This document shows positions 48,078-57,515 of a stretch of 64,000 bases of DNA, piece after piece (the first letter of the stretch is position 1; each line of letters opens with the position of its first letter). Origin of the DNA: a virus (lineage: Duplodnaviria; Caudoviricetes). The notes under the pieces are model-generated. The model was not told where the DNA came from. It searched no databases and saw nothing but the letters and a program-made list of their open reading frames with translations. The position numbers and the translations under genes were made by a program. The stretch covers positions 859 through 64,858 of IMG/VR virus record IMGVR_UViG_3300045806_000179; one strand, written 5' to 3'.

Positions 48078-49084
48078 TATCCCCGTATCAGCGCCTTTAC
48101 AGTCTCCGCATTCTCCAGAACAGTGTCGACTATCAGATCCCGATCACACCCGTCGATCGCATCGCACAGCACGTGCTTCCATGTTCTTGCCTGAACAACT
48201 GGTGCATCGTATCTCGTGGAGAACTGGTACGCACGCTGGTGCTTCTTTCCATATCGTCTTACGGCCTCCAGCCACACCGGTCCCAACGCGACGCTGCACC
48301 AGTCCCAGTCCAGGCGACCCTCCAGAGTGTCGTCGTCGGACTTGGCTACTAGCTCGCAGATGGCCTGGTCATCGCACACAGCGATGGCGTTACAGATGAT
48401 ACGGTGCATGTAGAAGTCGTACAGAACTGTACGATCCTCCGTCAGCTGCAGCGGCTCCAGTATGTTATATGTCAGGTTGGCGTGAGACTCTCTCGGGAGG
48501 TCCTTCACGCGAAGACTGCGAAAGTACACGAACTCTGACGGACGATTGAAGATCTCACACTGCTGCTTCCCGTCCCAAGGCGTGTCACTCCTGTGAGCGT
48601 CCGGGAGAAAGATCTCTCCGATCTTCAGGTACTCGGCCATGAACGCATCTCCGCGTACGACTATCTTCGTCATGCCGCTCTCTGGCATGACCTGCTCTCC
48701 GGACACCAGAGATCCGCCTCTCTCGTCCAGAGTATTGGACTGTAGCTCACGGAGAGCCTGCCAGAGCTTCCAGTTCTTCCCAAGCTGAGTAGTGAACGGG
48801 AGCTGGTGGTACGTCCACGATCCCATGAAGCCCCTCTTCTTCATTCGTATCTGCTGATAGTCCGTCCCTCTGAACTCGCCCCTCTTCGTGTAGAAGACGT
48901 AGTGGTCGAGACCGATGTATATGGACACATCGATGTGCTCTCGGAGCAGTACAGCGATTGCGTACTTGAGACCAGTACCGAAGTACCCAATCGGGTTATT
49001 CGAGTTCGGCTTCGCAGACACTCCGAATACCTGAAATGCATCAGGACTCAGCAGTGTCTCAGTTCTGAATACTACAGCTGTCAT
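48074..49084 (-). CDS. GHKL/HATPase-like protein
   Basis: G.S.K..IGYFGTGLKYA, RELQSN.LDE, T...V. Confidence 0.65.
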   Translation of the reverse strand: MTAVVFRTETLLSPDAFQVFGVSAKPNSNNPIGYFGTGLKYAIAVLLREHIDVSIYIGLDHYVFYTKRGEFRGTDYQQIRMKKRGFMGSWTYHQLPFTTQLGKNWKLWQALRELQSNTLDERGGSLVSGEQVMPESGMTKIVVRGDAFMAEYLKIGEIFLPDAHRSDTPWDGKQQCEIFNRPSEFVYFRSLRVKDLPRESHANLTYNILEPLQLTEDRTVLYDFYMHRIICNAIAVCDDQAICELVAKSDDDTLEGRLDWDWCSVALGPVWLEAVRRYGKKHQRAYQFSTRYDAPVVQARTWKHVLCDAIDGCDRDLIVDTVLENAETVKALIRGY

Positions 49085-49336
49085 CTTCTCATCTCCTCGA
49101 GTAGTCGATTCCCGGACTCGGTCACCTCGATGTGGCGACCATGTATCCTGATGTATCCCGCAGCTCCGAGAAAGTTCTCCTCAGGCGGATTCATCGCAGC
49201 TGGTCTCCTGAGTGATCTCAGAAGACCACCCTCCGAGAATGACTCCTCCGGAAGTGCCATTCTGTTCCTGTACTCCAGAAGTCCACGAAACTTCTCGAGC
49301 TCAGTCTGAGGAGCGCCGTGCAGCATTCTGTACATC

Positions 49337-49522
49337 TCAAGCTTCGGATCCGAGCTCACTCTCTGTCTCCTCAAAGCTGTCCCACTCCTGCATGGCGACA
49401 ATGATCGCGAGTCCCTCGAGCTTCAGGGCATCCCTCGCCTCCTCGAACGTCATTCCATTGTCGAAGCACTGGAACAGAGTGAGATGTTCATTCTCGAACT
49501 CTACTATCTTCTTGTAGCACAT
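49337..49522 (-). CDS. Hypothetical early protein
   Basis: RBS AGGAG; short acidic ORF. Confidence 0.5.
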   Translation of the reverse strand: MCYKKIVEFENEHLTLFQCFDNGMTFEEARDALKLEGLAIIVAMQEWDSFEETESELGSEA

Positions 49523-50556
49523 GTGTGTCTCCTATAGCGGAAGTGGAATTGTCATCTCACGCATAATCACATACACCAGTATTCCGAATATCATCGATCT
49601 TGGTGATATAAGTCCAGCCACTAAGCCAATGACCAGAGAGAAGAAAAATATGCTGTGATCACTCATGTCTGTCTCCTGTTAACCGCTGGGAAGGCGCTAC
49701 GCGGGCGCTACGCCGCTAGGCTAGTAGGGTAGCACCCACCTAAATAAACGCCCTCTAGCACCCGCGCTAGGCTCTGGAAGGCTATTTCGCGACTAGGTAG
49801 TAACCCCTAAAAACCTAGGCGTCGGTCCCGTCGTCACTGAGGTCAATGTCAGCGCGTACTGGATACCGAAGACTGGACATCTGCGATAGCGCACTGGACA
49901 ACTGGGAAGACAGCACTCTGATGGTGATATTCAGGTGCTCGTTAGTGTCGCTCAGAACTCGGACTTTCTTGCTCAGGGACTCCTCCCGCCTGTACATGAA
50001 CTGCAGCGTGTCCCGGTCGGCCAGTTGTTCAGCGCGCAGTATCTCGATCTCCTCCAGAACCTCTGTCAGCATTCGGTCGGCAGTCTTCACATCTTCGATC
50101 ATCTCACTACTCCAGTAATGTCTCGCTCGAACTGAACCATCACCACTGCGGCGACGATGAGTATGAGCGCCCTGCACACCATATTAACTGTAGGCATCGC
50201 GTGTCCAGTATCAGTCAACAGTTACGCCGAGAACCTCGGTCGCTATCATCACGCTGAACACGTCAGGCGGAGTACCGCATGACGCAACTATCGTCGGAGA
50301 GTCAGACTTCATGGAGCGCTGCTCGTAGACTACCCTGGCGGCTGTTGGTCCGTCGATCGGGAGAAAGAGAGTTAGTCCCTGAAGAGAAGCTCGCATGACG
50401 AACTTCCCTCTCCGATGTACGTCGTACAGAATGATCAAATGTGCCCCCCGAAGAAGCGCCTGATCCTCTGTCCTCTGTCCGTGAACGCAAAGATGTACCC
50501 TCCGACGAATCCGGCGATGACTAACACTGCGACCACCTCTCCTGCTGCGATAATGA

Positions 50557-51144
50557 TCATGGCATGTCCACCTTAATGTGTCCCTTGGCTGTGTCGTGCA
50601 CAATATCGGACATGGTTCCCCCGAGTGTGGTGTACTCAGTGACTGTCATTCCAGTATAGTACATCTGGAATCTGGTATACGCCTTACTTGTGGGCTGCTT
50701 CGGATTCCTATCCGCCAAGACGGTGATGACACGAGGATCAAACTTCCGCTGGTACTGAACACGACCGCCTAGGCGCGAGGCAATCTTCCTTGGCATTCCT
50801 CCAGTCCCGACAGGCTCTCCACGACGATGACCAATCGGGAGAGGAAGCGGGCGACCGAGAACGTCAGTCATCTCTACACCAGTCTCACCCTTGGCACAGA
50901 GATATATCGGCTTCCTCAGTATCACGCAGAGAACGTCGGACCAGAATGTCTCGGATCGGTGCGCGATTGACATGACCACCTCCGCATGAGAGAGCCCTCG
51001 GCACTTCTCAGCCAGGACCTCGCCTCGGGCGAGCTGGAGATCTGGTGCGTCGTCAACGAGGTGTTGCCTGTGCAGCTCCGCCCACAGGGCAAAGGTCTGG
51101 ACGCTGGACAGTCTGCTGTATAGTTCTGCATGAGCATGAATCAT
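50557..51144 (-). CDS. NPK-domain protein B
   Basis: NPKQPTSKAYTRFQMY..GMTV.EY...GG...D...D..KGHI. Confidence 0.75.
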   Translation of the reverse strand: MIHAHAELYSRLSSVQTFALWAELHRQHLVDDAPDLQLARGEVLAEKCRGLSHAEVVMSIAHRSETFWSDVLCVILRKPIYLCAKGETGVEMTDVLGRPLPLPIGHRRGEPVGTGGMPRKIASRLGGRVQYQRKFDPRVITVLADRNPKQPTSKAYTRFQMYYTGMTVTEYTTLGGTMSDIVHDTAKGHIKVDMP

Positions 51145-51870
51145 CTTAGTATGTCCGATAGCCGTACTGTCAACCTACTGTGGCTCAGCTCCACGGCGTT
51201 GCTTGTTGGAATATGGTTGTTACGCAGACATGGTAAGGATACAAGTGAAGAGTTCTACAGTATCTCTGTACTCAGGAATTCTCTCCTCTCTTCTTCGGTA
51301 AAGTACGGTCCTCTAGACAGTCCGAACGAGTTACCATGAAGTAGAGGACACACTCGACTGAAATAGTGTCCACTGTTCCTGGTCAGTATTCTCATTCTCC
51401 ACATGAACGCGCGACCTCGCTCCTCGCGAGACAGAGACTGACCCATCCTCTCCCACACCAGATGCATCGATGATCCTGATGCTACTGCTCTGAGAACTAT
51501 TGACAGTTCATCTCTGTGCCTGTCTAGGATCGCGCACTGTCCCTCCCACGCTAGTCCCCACACCCCAGCACCATACTGTCTCAACCAGCACTCAGCCAGG
51601 TACTCTCTCTCCTTGGAGACTATGTATCTGTGCTGATACTGCTGCTGAGTCATGGACATGTCAGGTCGCCTACACAGTTCTGGGTCTTGAGTGTTGGTAC
51701 CATCTACTTCTTCTCCTGAATATGTCTGCACGGAGCGGAGGTCCAACCTCTCTGTCTCTCCCTACACCAAAATGCTCGACCAGAGTACTGACTCTCCGGC
51801 TCGATCAGCTCACCACGGCGCACAAACTTCAGCTTTGCGCCGTGGCACTCGGTCGTGTCCTTGATCTTAC

Positions 51871-52560
51871 TCACTCTTCCTCCTTGCTCTCTTCTGCGAT
51901 ATGTTCCTGCTCAGCATTCTCCATCTGCTCCTCAGACAGCTCCGGCTCTTCCTGAGGCTCAGAAGATCCAGCCTCACTGGCGCAGTCATCGCTGCTCGGG
52001 CTCTCCATGTCCACGTCAGCAGGTTTCTCCCCGAGACGGATGAAGTCGTGGTCCAGATCCCAGTGAAGCGTGGACAGCGCGAGCTTCCGGTCGTATCCCG
52101 CAGCGAGCATGGCCTCGACATAGTCGCTGCCAGTAGGGTGCGGAGGAGCCTCATCCTCACCATGCTCGAACAGAGCGAAGTAGATCCTGAATGTATCGTG
52201 CGCACGAGACGCCGCGCGCTTCGGGTTACTCTCGACCAGAAGATGTAGATGCTCGCTGAGATCGATGGTGGTTGCACCAATCCGACCATCGGTCGGGCGA
52301 GCGGCAGTCTGCTCCTGCTGCCTGGGTCTCTCGATAATCCACCGAGCATGCTCGGAATCGAGCAGCTCAAGCTCGGCATATCCGTGCATGTTGACGAGCT
52401 CTTCGTGAGCCCGCATGACGCGATCGATTCCGGTCTTGTGGTCCCTCAGACGCTTGAGGTGAGCATCCTCGTCGTGGCCAAGAGTATCCTGGGCGGTATT
52501 GAACGCTACGAGCAGCTGGGTGGTTGTAAGAACACTGTAGTCGTGGATGATGTTAGGCAT
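51871..52560 (-). CDS. NPK-domain protein C (divergent, acidic tail)
   Basis: NPKRAASRAHDTFRIY...LHWDLDHDFIRL; RBS GAGGAG. Confidence 0.7.
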   Translation of the reverse strand: MPNIIHDYSVLTTTQLLVAFNTAQDTLGHDEDAHLKRLRDHKTGIDRVMRAHEELVNMHGYAELELLDSEHARWIIERPRQQEQTAARPTDGRIGATTIDLSEHLHLLVESNPKRAASRAHDTFRIYFALFEHGEDEAPPHPTGSDYVEAMLAAGYDRKLALSTLHWDLDHDFIRLGEKPADVDMESPSSDDCASEAGSSEPQEEPELSEEQMENAEQEHIAEESKEEE

Positions 52561-52615
52561 CGTACTCTCCTCGTTATTCGCTGGCGGCGATTAGGGCGCT
52601 ACACCCTATAGACGT

Positions 52616-52643
52616 ATCCTACTCCAACTCCAGCGACTGTAAA
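52616..52643 (-). promoter_or_regulatory. Sigma70-like early promoter
   Basis: TTTACA-N16-TAGGAT. Confidence 0.5.
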
Positions 52644-52702
52644 GCCCTATAAGGGCCGAACAGCCGCTTTATTTTGCGATCACCTATCGCTTTGCTGACG
52701 GA

Positions 52703-53335
52703 TCAGCCCTCCTTCGGTTCTTGCGACGCAGCCCACTCCTTCTGGTCCACTGCCACGATAAAGCCCTTCGACATGTCGTAGAGTACGTCGGCCTTCGTAC
52801 CACCAGCCCTGATGAACTCGGCGATGGACATGCCGACGACATAGAGAGCGTAGCGTCCATGAGCCGCTGACGAGGGCTTCTTCGGATTCGGCTTCACGAA
52901 CGAGATGACATGAGGGTCCTCATCCATCGTAGCGCCGCGAGCAGTCACTGGCTTCTCTCCTGGCACTGTGGGGGCACGAGGAGTCCTGGGACCAGTCGAC
53001 TTGGAGCCGTTCGGGCGAGTGTGGGGGACAGACTGGCTTCCGCGAGAAGTCGGGCCAGCGACAGTCAGAGGACGAGACATGAGGATCTCAAGGATGTTCT
53101 TGTCCTGAACATTGGAGCAGGCGACAACAACATCGACATGTTCCTTGCCCTCGAGAAGCTCGCACATGACCTCGCAGTCAGGCTTAAGAGCGTCCGTGCG
53201 CTGCTCGGTGATGACGCCCTCCTCGAAGCACGAGTCCCAGACCTCACACATCTGCGACTCGCTCATCTGCGAGAAGAACTTCTTCCAGGAAGACTCTCCC
53301 TCGACCGTGGAGACAGTGGTATTCGATTCAGACAT
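52703..53335 (-). CDS. NPK-domain protein D
   Basis: NPKKPSSAAHGRYALY..GMS..E...GG..AD..YD..KGFI; start taken at MSESN after RBS AGGA. Confidence 0.75.
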   Translation of the reverse strand: MSESNTTVSTVEGESSWKKFFSQMSESQMCEVWDSCFEEGVITEQRTDALKPDCEVMCELLEGKEHVDVVVACSNVQDKNILEILMSRPLTVAGPTSRGSQSVPHTRPNGSKSTGPRTPRAPTVPGEKPVTARGATMDEDPHVISFVKPNPKKPSSAAHGRYALYVVGMSIAEFIRAGGTKADVLYDMSKGFIVAVDQKEWAASQEPKEG

Positions 53336-53358
53336 TGTATGCATCCTATACATGGCTC

Positions 53359-53421
53359 CTGACTCATCAGTGCAGGTGGGAGCACTACCCTGCAGACGCC
53401 CTCGTGAGGGCGTTTCGTCAG
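53359..53421 (-). ncRNA. Type II hammerhead ribozyme
   Basis: CTGAC-GAAA-CGCCCT(CACG)AGGGCG-TC^TGCAGG(GTAGTGCTCCCA)CCTGCA-CTGATGA-GTCAG: full core and three paired stems. Confidence 0.92.
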
Positions 53422-53687
53422 CTACACGCGTAGACGGTATTGCCATTGTCATCGACAACAATGAGGGCATCTCCGCCACCGCCCTCATCCTGGCGATCCT
53501 CCTCGTACTGCTCGAGAACATCCTCCCTCGATCCCTCCAGAACCAGTCGCTTTTCGGTGCTCGACTCGGGACCAGTCGGGACTTCCCACAGTTTCCAGAA
53601 CATACTTATCTCCTCAGACTCTTCAGTGCAGGTACATCCTGCAGACACAACCACGACGCAGAACTCTACGTGGTCGTGTTTCGTCAC
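53418..53687 (-). CDS. Hypothetical early protein
   Basis: Coupled ORF; its stop codon lies in ribozyme stem II. Confidence 0.5.
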   Translation of the reverse strand: MTKHDHVEFCVVVVSAGCTCTEESEEISMFWKLWEVPTGPESSTEKRLVLEGSREDVLEQYEEDRQDEGGGGDALIVVDDNGNTVYACS

Positions 53688-53980
53688 TCCTCGTATGTAT
53701 TGTGCAGAGCAAACATAGAGCCTCTTCCATGATCACCATGCTGGGTGATGTTAAACACTTCACCATCGAGTACAATCGTGTAGTGCTTTTCGTACAGAAC
53801 AGCATCCTCACATATGGCCGGATAAATGCTCTCACATCCTGCATACATGTCCCAGTCAGACCTGGTGAACGGGCGAAACGTGGCTAGAGCCACTAGGATC
53901 AGTGCTTCCTCGTTACTCACTCTCGTTACTGGCATGCCAGCAAAGTTGTTGTAGTCAGGACTCCTGCTGTGATCAGTCAT
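53684..53980 (-). CDS. Hypothetical early protein
   Basis: FRPFT.SDW..YAGCE; coupled ORF. Confidence 0.6.
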   Translation of the reverse strand: MTDHSRSPDYNNFAGMPVTRVSNEEALILVALATFRPFTRSDWDMYAGCESIYPAICEDAVLYEKHYTIVLDGEVFNITQHGDHGRGSMFALHNTYEE

Positions 53981-54404
53981 GAACCACTCCGTACATGTTG
54001 GGAAACCGCAGGGTCTCCAGGGTCATAATTACATTCTCAAGAGTGTTGTTGAACACAGAGAACTGAATCGTCATCCCTTTCACTGACATAGCGTGCTCTC
54101 CCACAGACCTGAGTGCATACGACACGTTGTCGCAGCGCTCGCGGCGCGACGGACCGCGCTTGCGTGCGGTCGAGAACTGCAGGAACTCAACAGTGTCGAA
54201 GTCGATCAGCACAGGAGGTATCGGTATCTTCAGAGAGTCCAGCGTCTCTGCTGTCTCTCTGAGCATCTTCACTCGCTCCATACCATCCAGGCTCGGCACT
54301 CCCCGGTCGACCACTCTGCGGATCTCCTGAGAGAGGGACTCCAGCTCGGCACGTGCCATCCTGCACGCCTCGATCACGGTGACTCGGTATACAACTGCGG
54401 GCAT
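53973..54404 (-). CDS. Hypothetical early protein
   Basis: RBS GGAGG; ends FPNMYG. Confidence 0.6.
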   Translation of the reverse strand: MPAVVYRVTVIEACRMARAELESLSQEIRRVVDRGVPSLDGMERVKMLRETAETLDSLKIPIPPVLIDFDTVEFLQFSTARKRGPSRRERCDNVSYALRSVGEHAMSVKGMTIQFSVFNNTLENVIMTLETLRFPNMYGVVHD

Positions 54405-54733
54405 CACAAGTCCTCCGAGACTGCAGAGTAGAGGAGAAGCACGACGTCTGCTCCTGGGTCCTGACCGTTCATTATCTCCATGGCATCGGAGAAGGTGGAG
54501 AAGATACACGGGCCTCGTCCGTCGGTCCACTTCACCACCTCCTCCGCGATGTCGAACCTCATCGATCTCACCATGAGCCAGCGCTCTGCGTTCCTGAGCA
54601 TGTCAGCTGTGAGGGGACCTCCGGACAGACTGCGCGTCATGACCTCTACTCCAACAACACGAAGTGCCGCAGTGACCGCAGTGTGTAGCTTCGGATGAGT
54701 CTGCTCGCTAAACATAACTTCGGCCATTCGCAT
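54404..54733 (-). CDS. Hypothetical early protein
   Basis: First ORF after promoter; RBS GAGGG. Confidence 0.6.
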   Translation of the reverse strand: MRMAEVMFSEQTHPKLHTAVTAALRVVGVEVMTRSLSGGPLTADMLRNAERWLMVRSMRFDIAEEVVKWTDGRGPCIFSTFSDAMEIMNGQDPGADVVLLLYSAVSEDL

Positions 54734-54751
54734 AACCCTCTCTATATACGT

Positions 54752-54780
54752 ATAGTACGCTATTCCAGCGGCCTAGTAAA
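54752..54780 (-). promoter_or_regulatory. Sigma70-like early promoter
   Basis: TTTACT-N17-TACTAT preceded by TTCCAC (shared with the 56541-56569 promoter). Confidence 0.7.
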
Positions 54781-55061
54781 GTGGAAGAACTAACTATTTT
54801 CAGACTGATACTGTGTAGAAGTCAACTGTTGTCTTCATCAGAACTATCCCTCTCTCATTGCGCGCATGCACTTGATGAGTTCACCTGCAGTGCTGACCTG
54901 CTGCGACATGGACTGAACTCTGCCTCCGAGCTTCTCTGCCTCACGCTGTACGGCTAGGGTATCGGTGTACGATACGACAACCGCGTCAAACTCGAACGGC
55001 ATGGACGGAGTGTCCTTGCAGGTAATGCGGATCTTCATCGTGTAGACTGTTGTGGTTGCCA

Positions 55062-55373
55062 TCAGAAAGTCCTCTTCGCCCACGCATCGAACACAGCCCA
55101 GCGATCGGGCGTCACGACCGTGTCCGGACTCTCACCCCTGCCGACGCAGCACTCCCAGCACAGAGCAGGTCCGCACGGAGGAACGAACTCCAGACGCTGT
55201 CTCTCCGGCCAGTAGTAGAACAGAATGCATCCCGTGTACCTGCCCTCCTTTCCGTGGGGAGGAGGCATGAAGGTGTGGTCGTAGTACTCGTGGGGTATGC
55301 AGCTGTCATCCTCTCCGGTGAAGACCTCGACCGTCTGTCCGGTCTTCCAGTGTACCGCGATGAATACTCTCAC
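55062..55373 (-). CDS. Hypothetical early protein
   Basis: Coupled ORF with RBS GAGGA. Confidence 0.5.
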   Translation of the reverse strand: MRVFIAVHWKTGQTVEVFTGEDDSCIPHEYYDHTFMPPPHGKEGRYTGCILFYYWPERQRLEFVPPCGPALCWECCVGRGESPDTVVTPDRWAVFDAWAKRTF

Positions 55374-55578
55374 TTCACTCTTCCTCTGTCGTACTGCTCG
55401 CCACGACGCACTATCTGGTCTCTCCCGAACGACATGAGCTGAACGTCGTGGAAGTCCAGAACGTGGTCAAAAACCTTGGCTCCGTGCACGATCTCTCTCC
55501 TAACGATCGCGCACGCCTCAATCATGAGTGGTGAGAGAATGGTGAGGTTCCGTAGACTCCGGACAGTGTCCTGCTGGC

Positions 55579-56220
55579 TCATATGGTACCTCCAGAATCC
55601 ACGACTTCAAGAAAGTGAGAGGTTTGTACAGCCCACGCAGCATCCCACGCAGCATCCGTCGCAGCATCCCTCGCAGCCCACGCAGTAGTCCACGCAGCAG
55701 CCCACACAGCATCCCACGCAGCATCCCACGCAGCATCCCTCGCAGCCCACGCAGCAGCCCACGCAGCAGCCCACGCAGCATCCCTCTCAGCATCCCTCGC
55801 AGCCCACGCAGCAGTCCACGCAGCATCCGTCACAACATCCCACGCAGCATCCGTCGCAGCAGCCGTCGCAGCAGCCGTCGCAGCATCCATCGCAGCATTC
55901 AATTCGTCATCCGTCGCGCTTCCATTGGCATGCCGATCTGCGACATTGACAGCGTCGCGCGAACGCTGATCTGCCATCAAATGCTCGACCTGGCGCGCGC
56001 ACCAAACGGCAAATAAACGCCATTCTCGCGCATGCTGCGGCTCGGCGCGGCAGCACCACAATGCGTCTTCCAGACCGTTGATCTCGACGATCTGCGCAAA
56101 CGGCAGGATCTCATCATCAGCCCTGGTCTTTCCCAGTCCAGCGAGTAACTTGGTCCAGCCCTTATGACAGGGAGAGTGCTCGCGTATTCGACTAAGTGTG
56201 GTGGTGATCATCTCTGCCAC
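55579..56220 (-). CDS. Conserved phage protein with AAWDAA low-complexity repeats
   Basis: TTL.RIR...PC..GW.KLL..LG, NGL.DALW, RLFAVWCA.QV; repeat tract. Confidence 0.75.
   Translation of the reverse strand: MAEMITTTLSRIREHSPCHKGWTKLLAGLGKTRADDEILPFAQIVEINGLEDALWCCRAEPQHAREWRLFAVWCARQVEHLMADQRSRDAVNVADRHANGSATDDELNAAMDAATAAATAAATDAAWDVVTDAAWTAAWAARDAERDAAWAAAWAAAWAARDAAWDAAWDAVWAAAWTTAWAARDAATDAAWDAAWAVQTSHFLEVVDSGGTI
55630..55897 (-). repeat. Degenerate 12-bp tandem repeats (GCAGCATCCCAC-like on + strand)
   Basis: Read directly; encode AAWD/AAWA/AARD. Confidence 0.9.
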
Positions 56221-56486
56221 TCCTTCCTGAGCTTATCCGCCTCAGTCGAGGCCAGCTGTTGGTAGAACGTCGGCATCCTGCGCCAGAACGTCATCTTTCG
56301 CTCGCATATGCCGAGCTCCTTGGTCGCCCGATGGCGCTCAGCAAAGTCCCTCGGTGACTGCTGGATGGCAGTGAGGATGAGGCTATTGCTGAAGTGAGAC
56401 AGCCATATCTTGGTTGCGTCCATCCTCGAGAGGTCAGGAGGTCTTCCGGCGCTGACTGAGTCTTCGCTGTAGAGGATCATTCCCAT
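56208..56486 (-). CDS. Hypothetical early protein
   Basis: ER..A.KEL.ICERK..FW motif; first ORF after promoter. Confidence 0.6.
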   Translation of the reverse strand: MGMILYSEDSVSAGRPPDLSRMDATKIWLSHFSNSLILTAIQQSPRDFAERHRATKELGICERKMTFWRRMPTFYQQLASTEADKLRKEWQR

Positions 56487-56540
56487 GTTCAGTATATCTT
56501 CTTCGCTGTAACAGGCCGCTGGTTAGCGGCTAATAGGTAA

Positions 56541-56569
56541 ATACTACGCCCTAGGCCGGGTGTAGTAAA
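56541..56569 (-). promoter_or_regulatory. Sigma70-like early promoter
   Basis: TTTACT-N17-TAGTAT. Confidence 0.7.
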
Positions 56570-56765
56570 GTGGAACGTTCAGAGCATTAGCATGTACGAC
56601 CAAGCGACTGAGACACGTGAACGTTCCATCCCTCACGCTCGTAGGCGACCCTCTTCCGGTCAGCCTCGGCCTGGGAGCACCACTCCTGGTACTTGTGACA
56701 GTTCCTCTTCGTGGCGGTGAAGAGGACAGACTTCCTCTCTCGCTCGAGCATTGCCTGTCGCACTG

Positions 56766-56996
56766 TCATCCCTCTGTCTTCAGCCATCTTCCGTCTCCCT
56801 GCTTCTCGAATCTCTGCCCAAGACCCATTCCGAGGGTCGTGTAGCGTCTGTGCATGATCCACGATATCTCGCTCATGCAGGCCCACGAACCAGCTGTGGT
56901 CGCGGCATCGTACATGACTCCACCGTAGAGACGACCGAAGTCGTCTCGCTCTCCGACTGGACTAAGCCAGTAGACTGGATCAGACATGCCACTCAT
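56766..56996 (-). CDS. Hypothetical early protein
   Basis: RBS AGGAG just 3' of the ribozyme; YDA.T..G.WA.M..LG.GLGQ. Confidence 0.65.
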   Translation of the reverse strand: MSGMSDPVYWLSPVGERDDFGRLYGGVMYDAATTAGSWACMSEISWIMHRRYTTLGMGLGQRFEKQGDGRWLKTEG

Positions 56997-57011
56997 GCTA
57001 GTACTCCTGCT

Positions 57012-57069
57012 GGACTCATCAGCGCACGACCAACGTGCGGACACGACCGGGGAGGGTCGTGTTTCGTCC
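57012..57069 (-). ncRNA. Type II hammerhead ribozyme
   Basis: GGAC-GAAA-CACGACC(CTCCCC)GGTCGTG-TC^CGCACG(TTGGT)CGTGCG-CTGATGA-GTCC. Confidence 0.92.
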
Positions 57070-57210
57070 TCAGCGATACAGTTGGGTGAAGCAGACATCA
57101 TACGAGTGGTGCTTCTGGCACTCGGTCATTCCGTCGTCCTGTGCCCACAGGCACAGAGCAATGATGCAGGAAGCGACGACAGCGAGTATGATGACAGGAA
57201 GATGACGCAT
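57070..57210 (-). CDS. Small exported/membrane peptide (46 aa), absent from the ORF track
   Basis: MRHLPVIILAVVASCIIALCLWAQDDGMTECQKHHSYDVCFTQLYR; RBS GAGG. Confidence 0.6.
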   Translation of the reverse strand: MRHLPVIILAVVASCIIALCLWAQDDGMTECQKHHSYDVCFTQLYR

Positions 57211-57218
57211 GACAGACC

Positions 57219-57374
57219 TCAGGAGTGAGAGATGGGGATGGTTCGCGGACGACGATAGCTACGACGGGAACTACGACGGAAGAGCCACCGAAGAGCAGCG
57301 GCGAGCAGGATCGCGCCACCGAAGCACGCGAGAAAGAAGAAGACGAGGACAACAAGAATCATGGGAGCCACCAT
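57219..57374 (-). CDS. Small membrane peptide with basic tail (51 aa), absent from the ORF track
   Basis: MVAPMILVVLVFFFLACFGGAILLAAALRWLFRRSSRRSYRRPR... Confidence 0.45.
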   Translation of the reverse strand: MVAPMILVVLVFFFLACFGGAILLAAALRWLFRRSSRRSYRRPRTIPISHS

Positions 57375-57476
57375 AGGAGGATTCGGCGACGACGGCAGGA
57401 CGACGACGGCGCGACGACGATAGGTGCGCGGCTAGGGCCGATGGTAGTACGCCTAAAGGCCATTAGCCTAAAGGCG

Positions 57477-57506
57477 TAGCGCCCTAGCGGCTAGGCTAGG
57501 GCGCTA
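57477..57506. terminator. 12-bp stem-loop after NPK protein E
   Basis: TAGCGCCCTAGC-GGCTAG-GCTAGGGCGCTA. Confidence 0.5.
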
Positions 57507-57515
57507 GACCGGCGC

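Noticed and set aside
51146-51173. Promoter with perfect TTGACA upstream of NPK gene B
   Set aside because: No -10 box at a convincing spacing relative to the start codon; left uncalled
51760-51860. Hairpin cluster with CTGATCGA resembling a ribozyme core
   Set aside because: Lacks GAAA and a canonical CUGANGA; only hairpins are supportable
54798-54841. Third hammerhead-like sequence on minus strand (CTGATGA-AGAC...GTCT-GAAA)
   Set aside because: Stem II is possible, but no stems I/III or cleavage triplet could be paired; at most a degenerate relic
55630-55897. Possible CRISPR-like array
   Set aside because: 12-bp coding repeats without unique spacers; no cas genes
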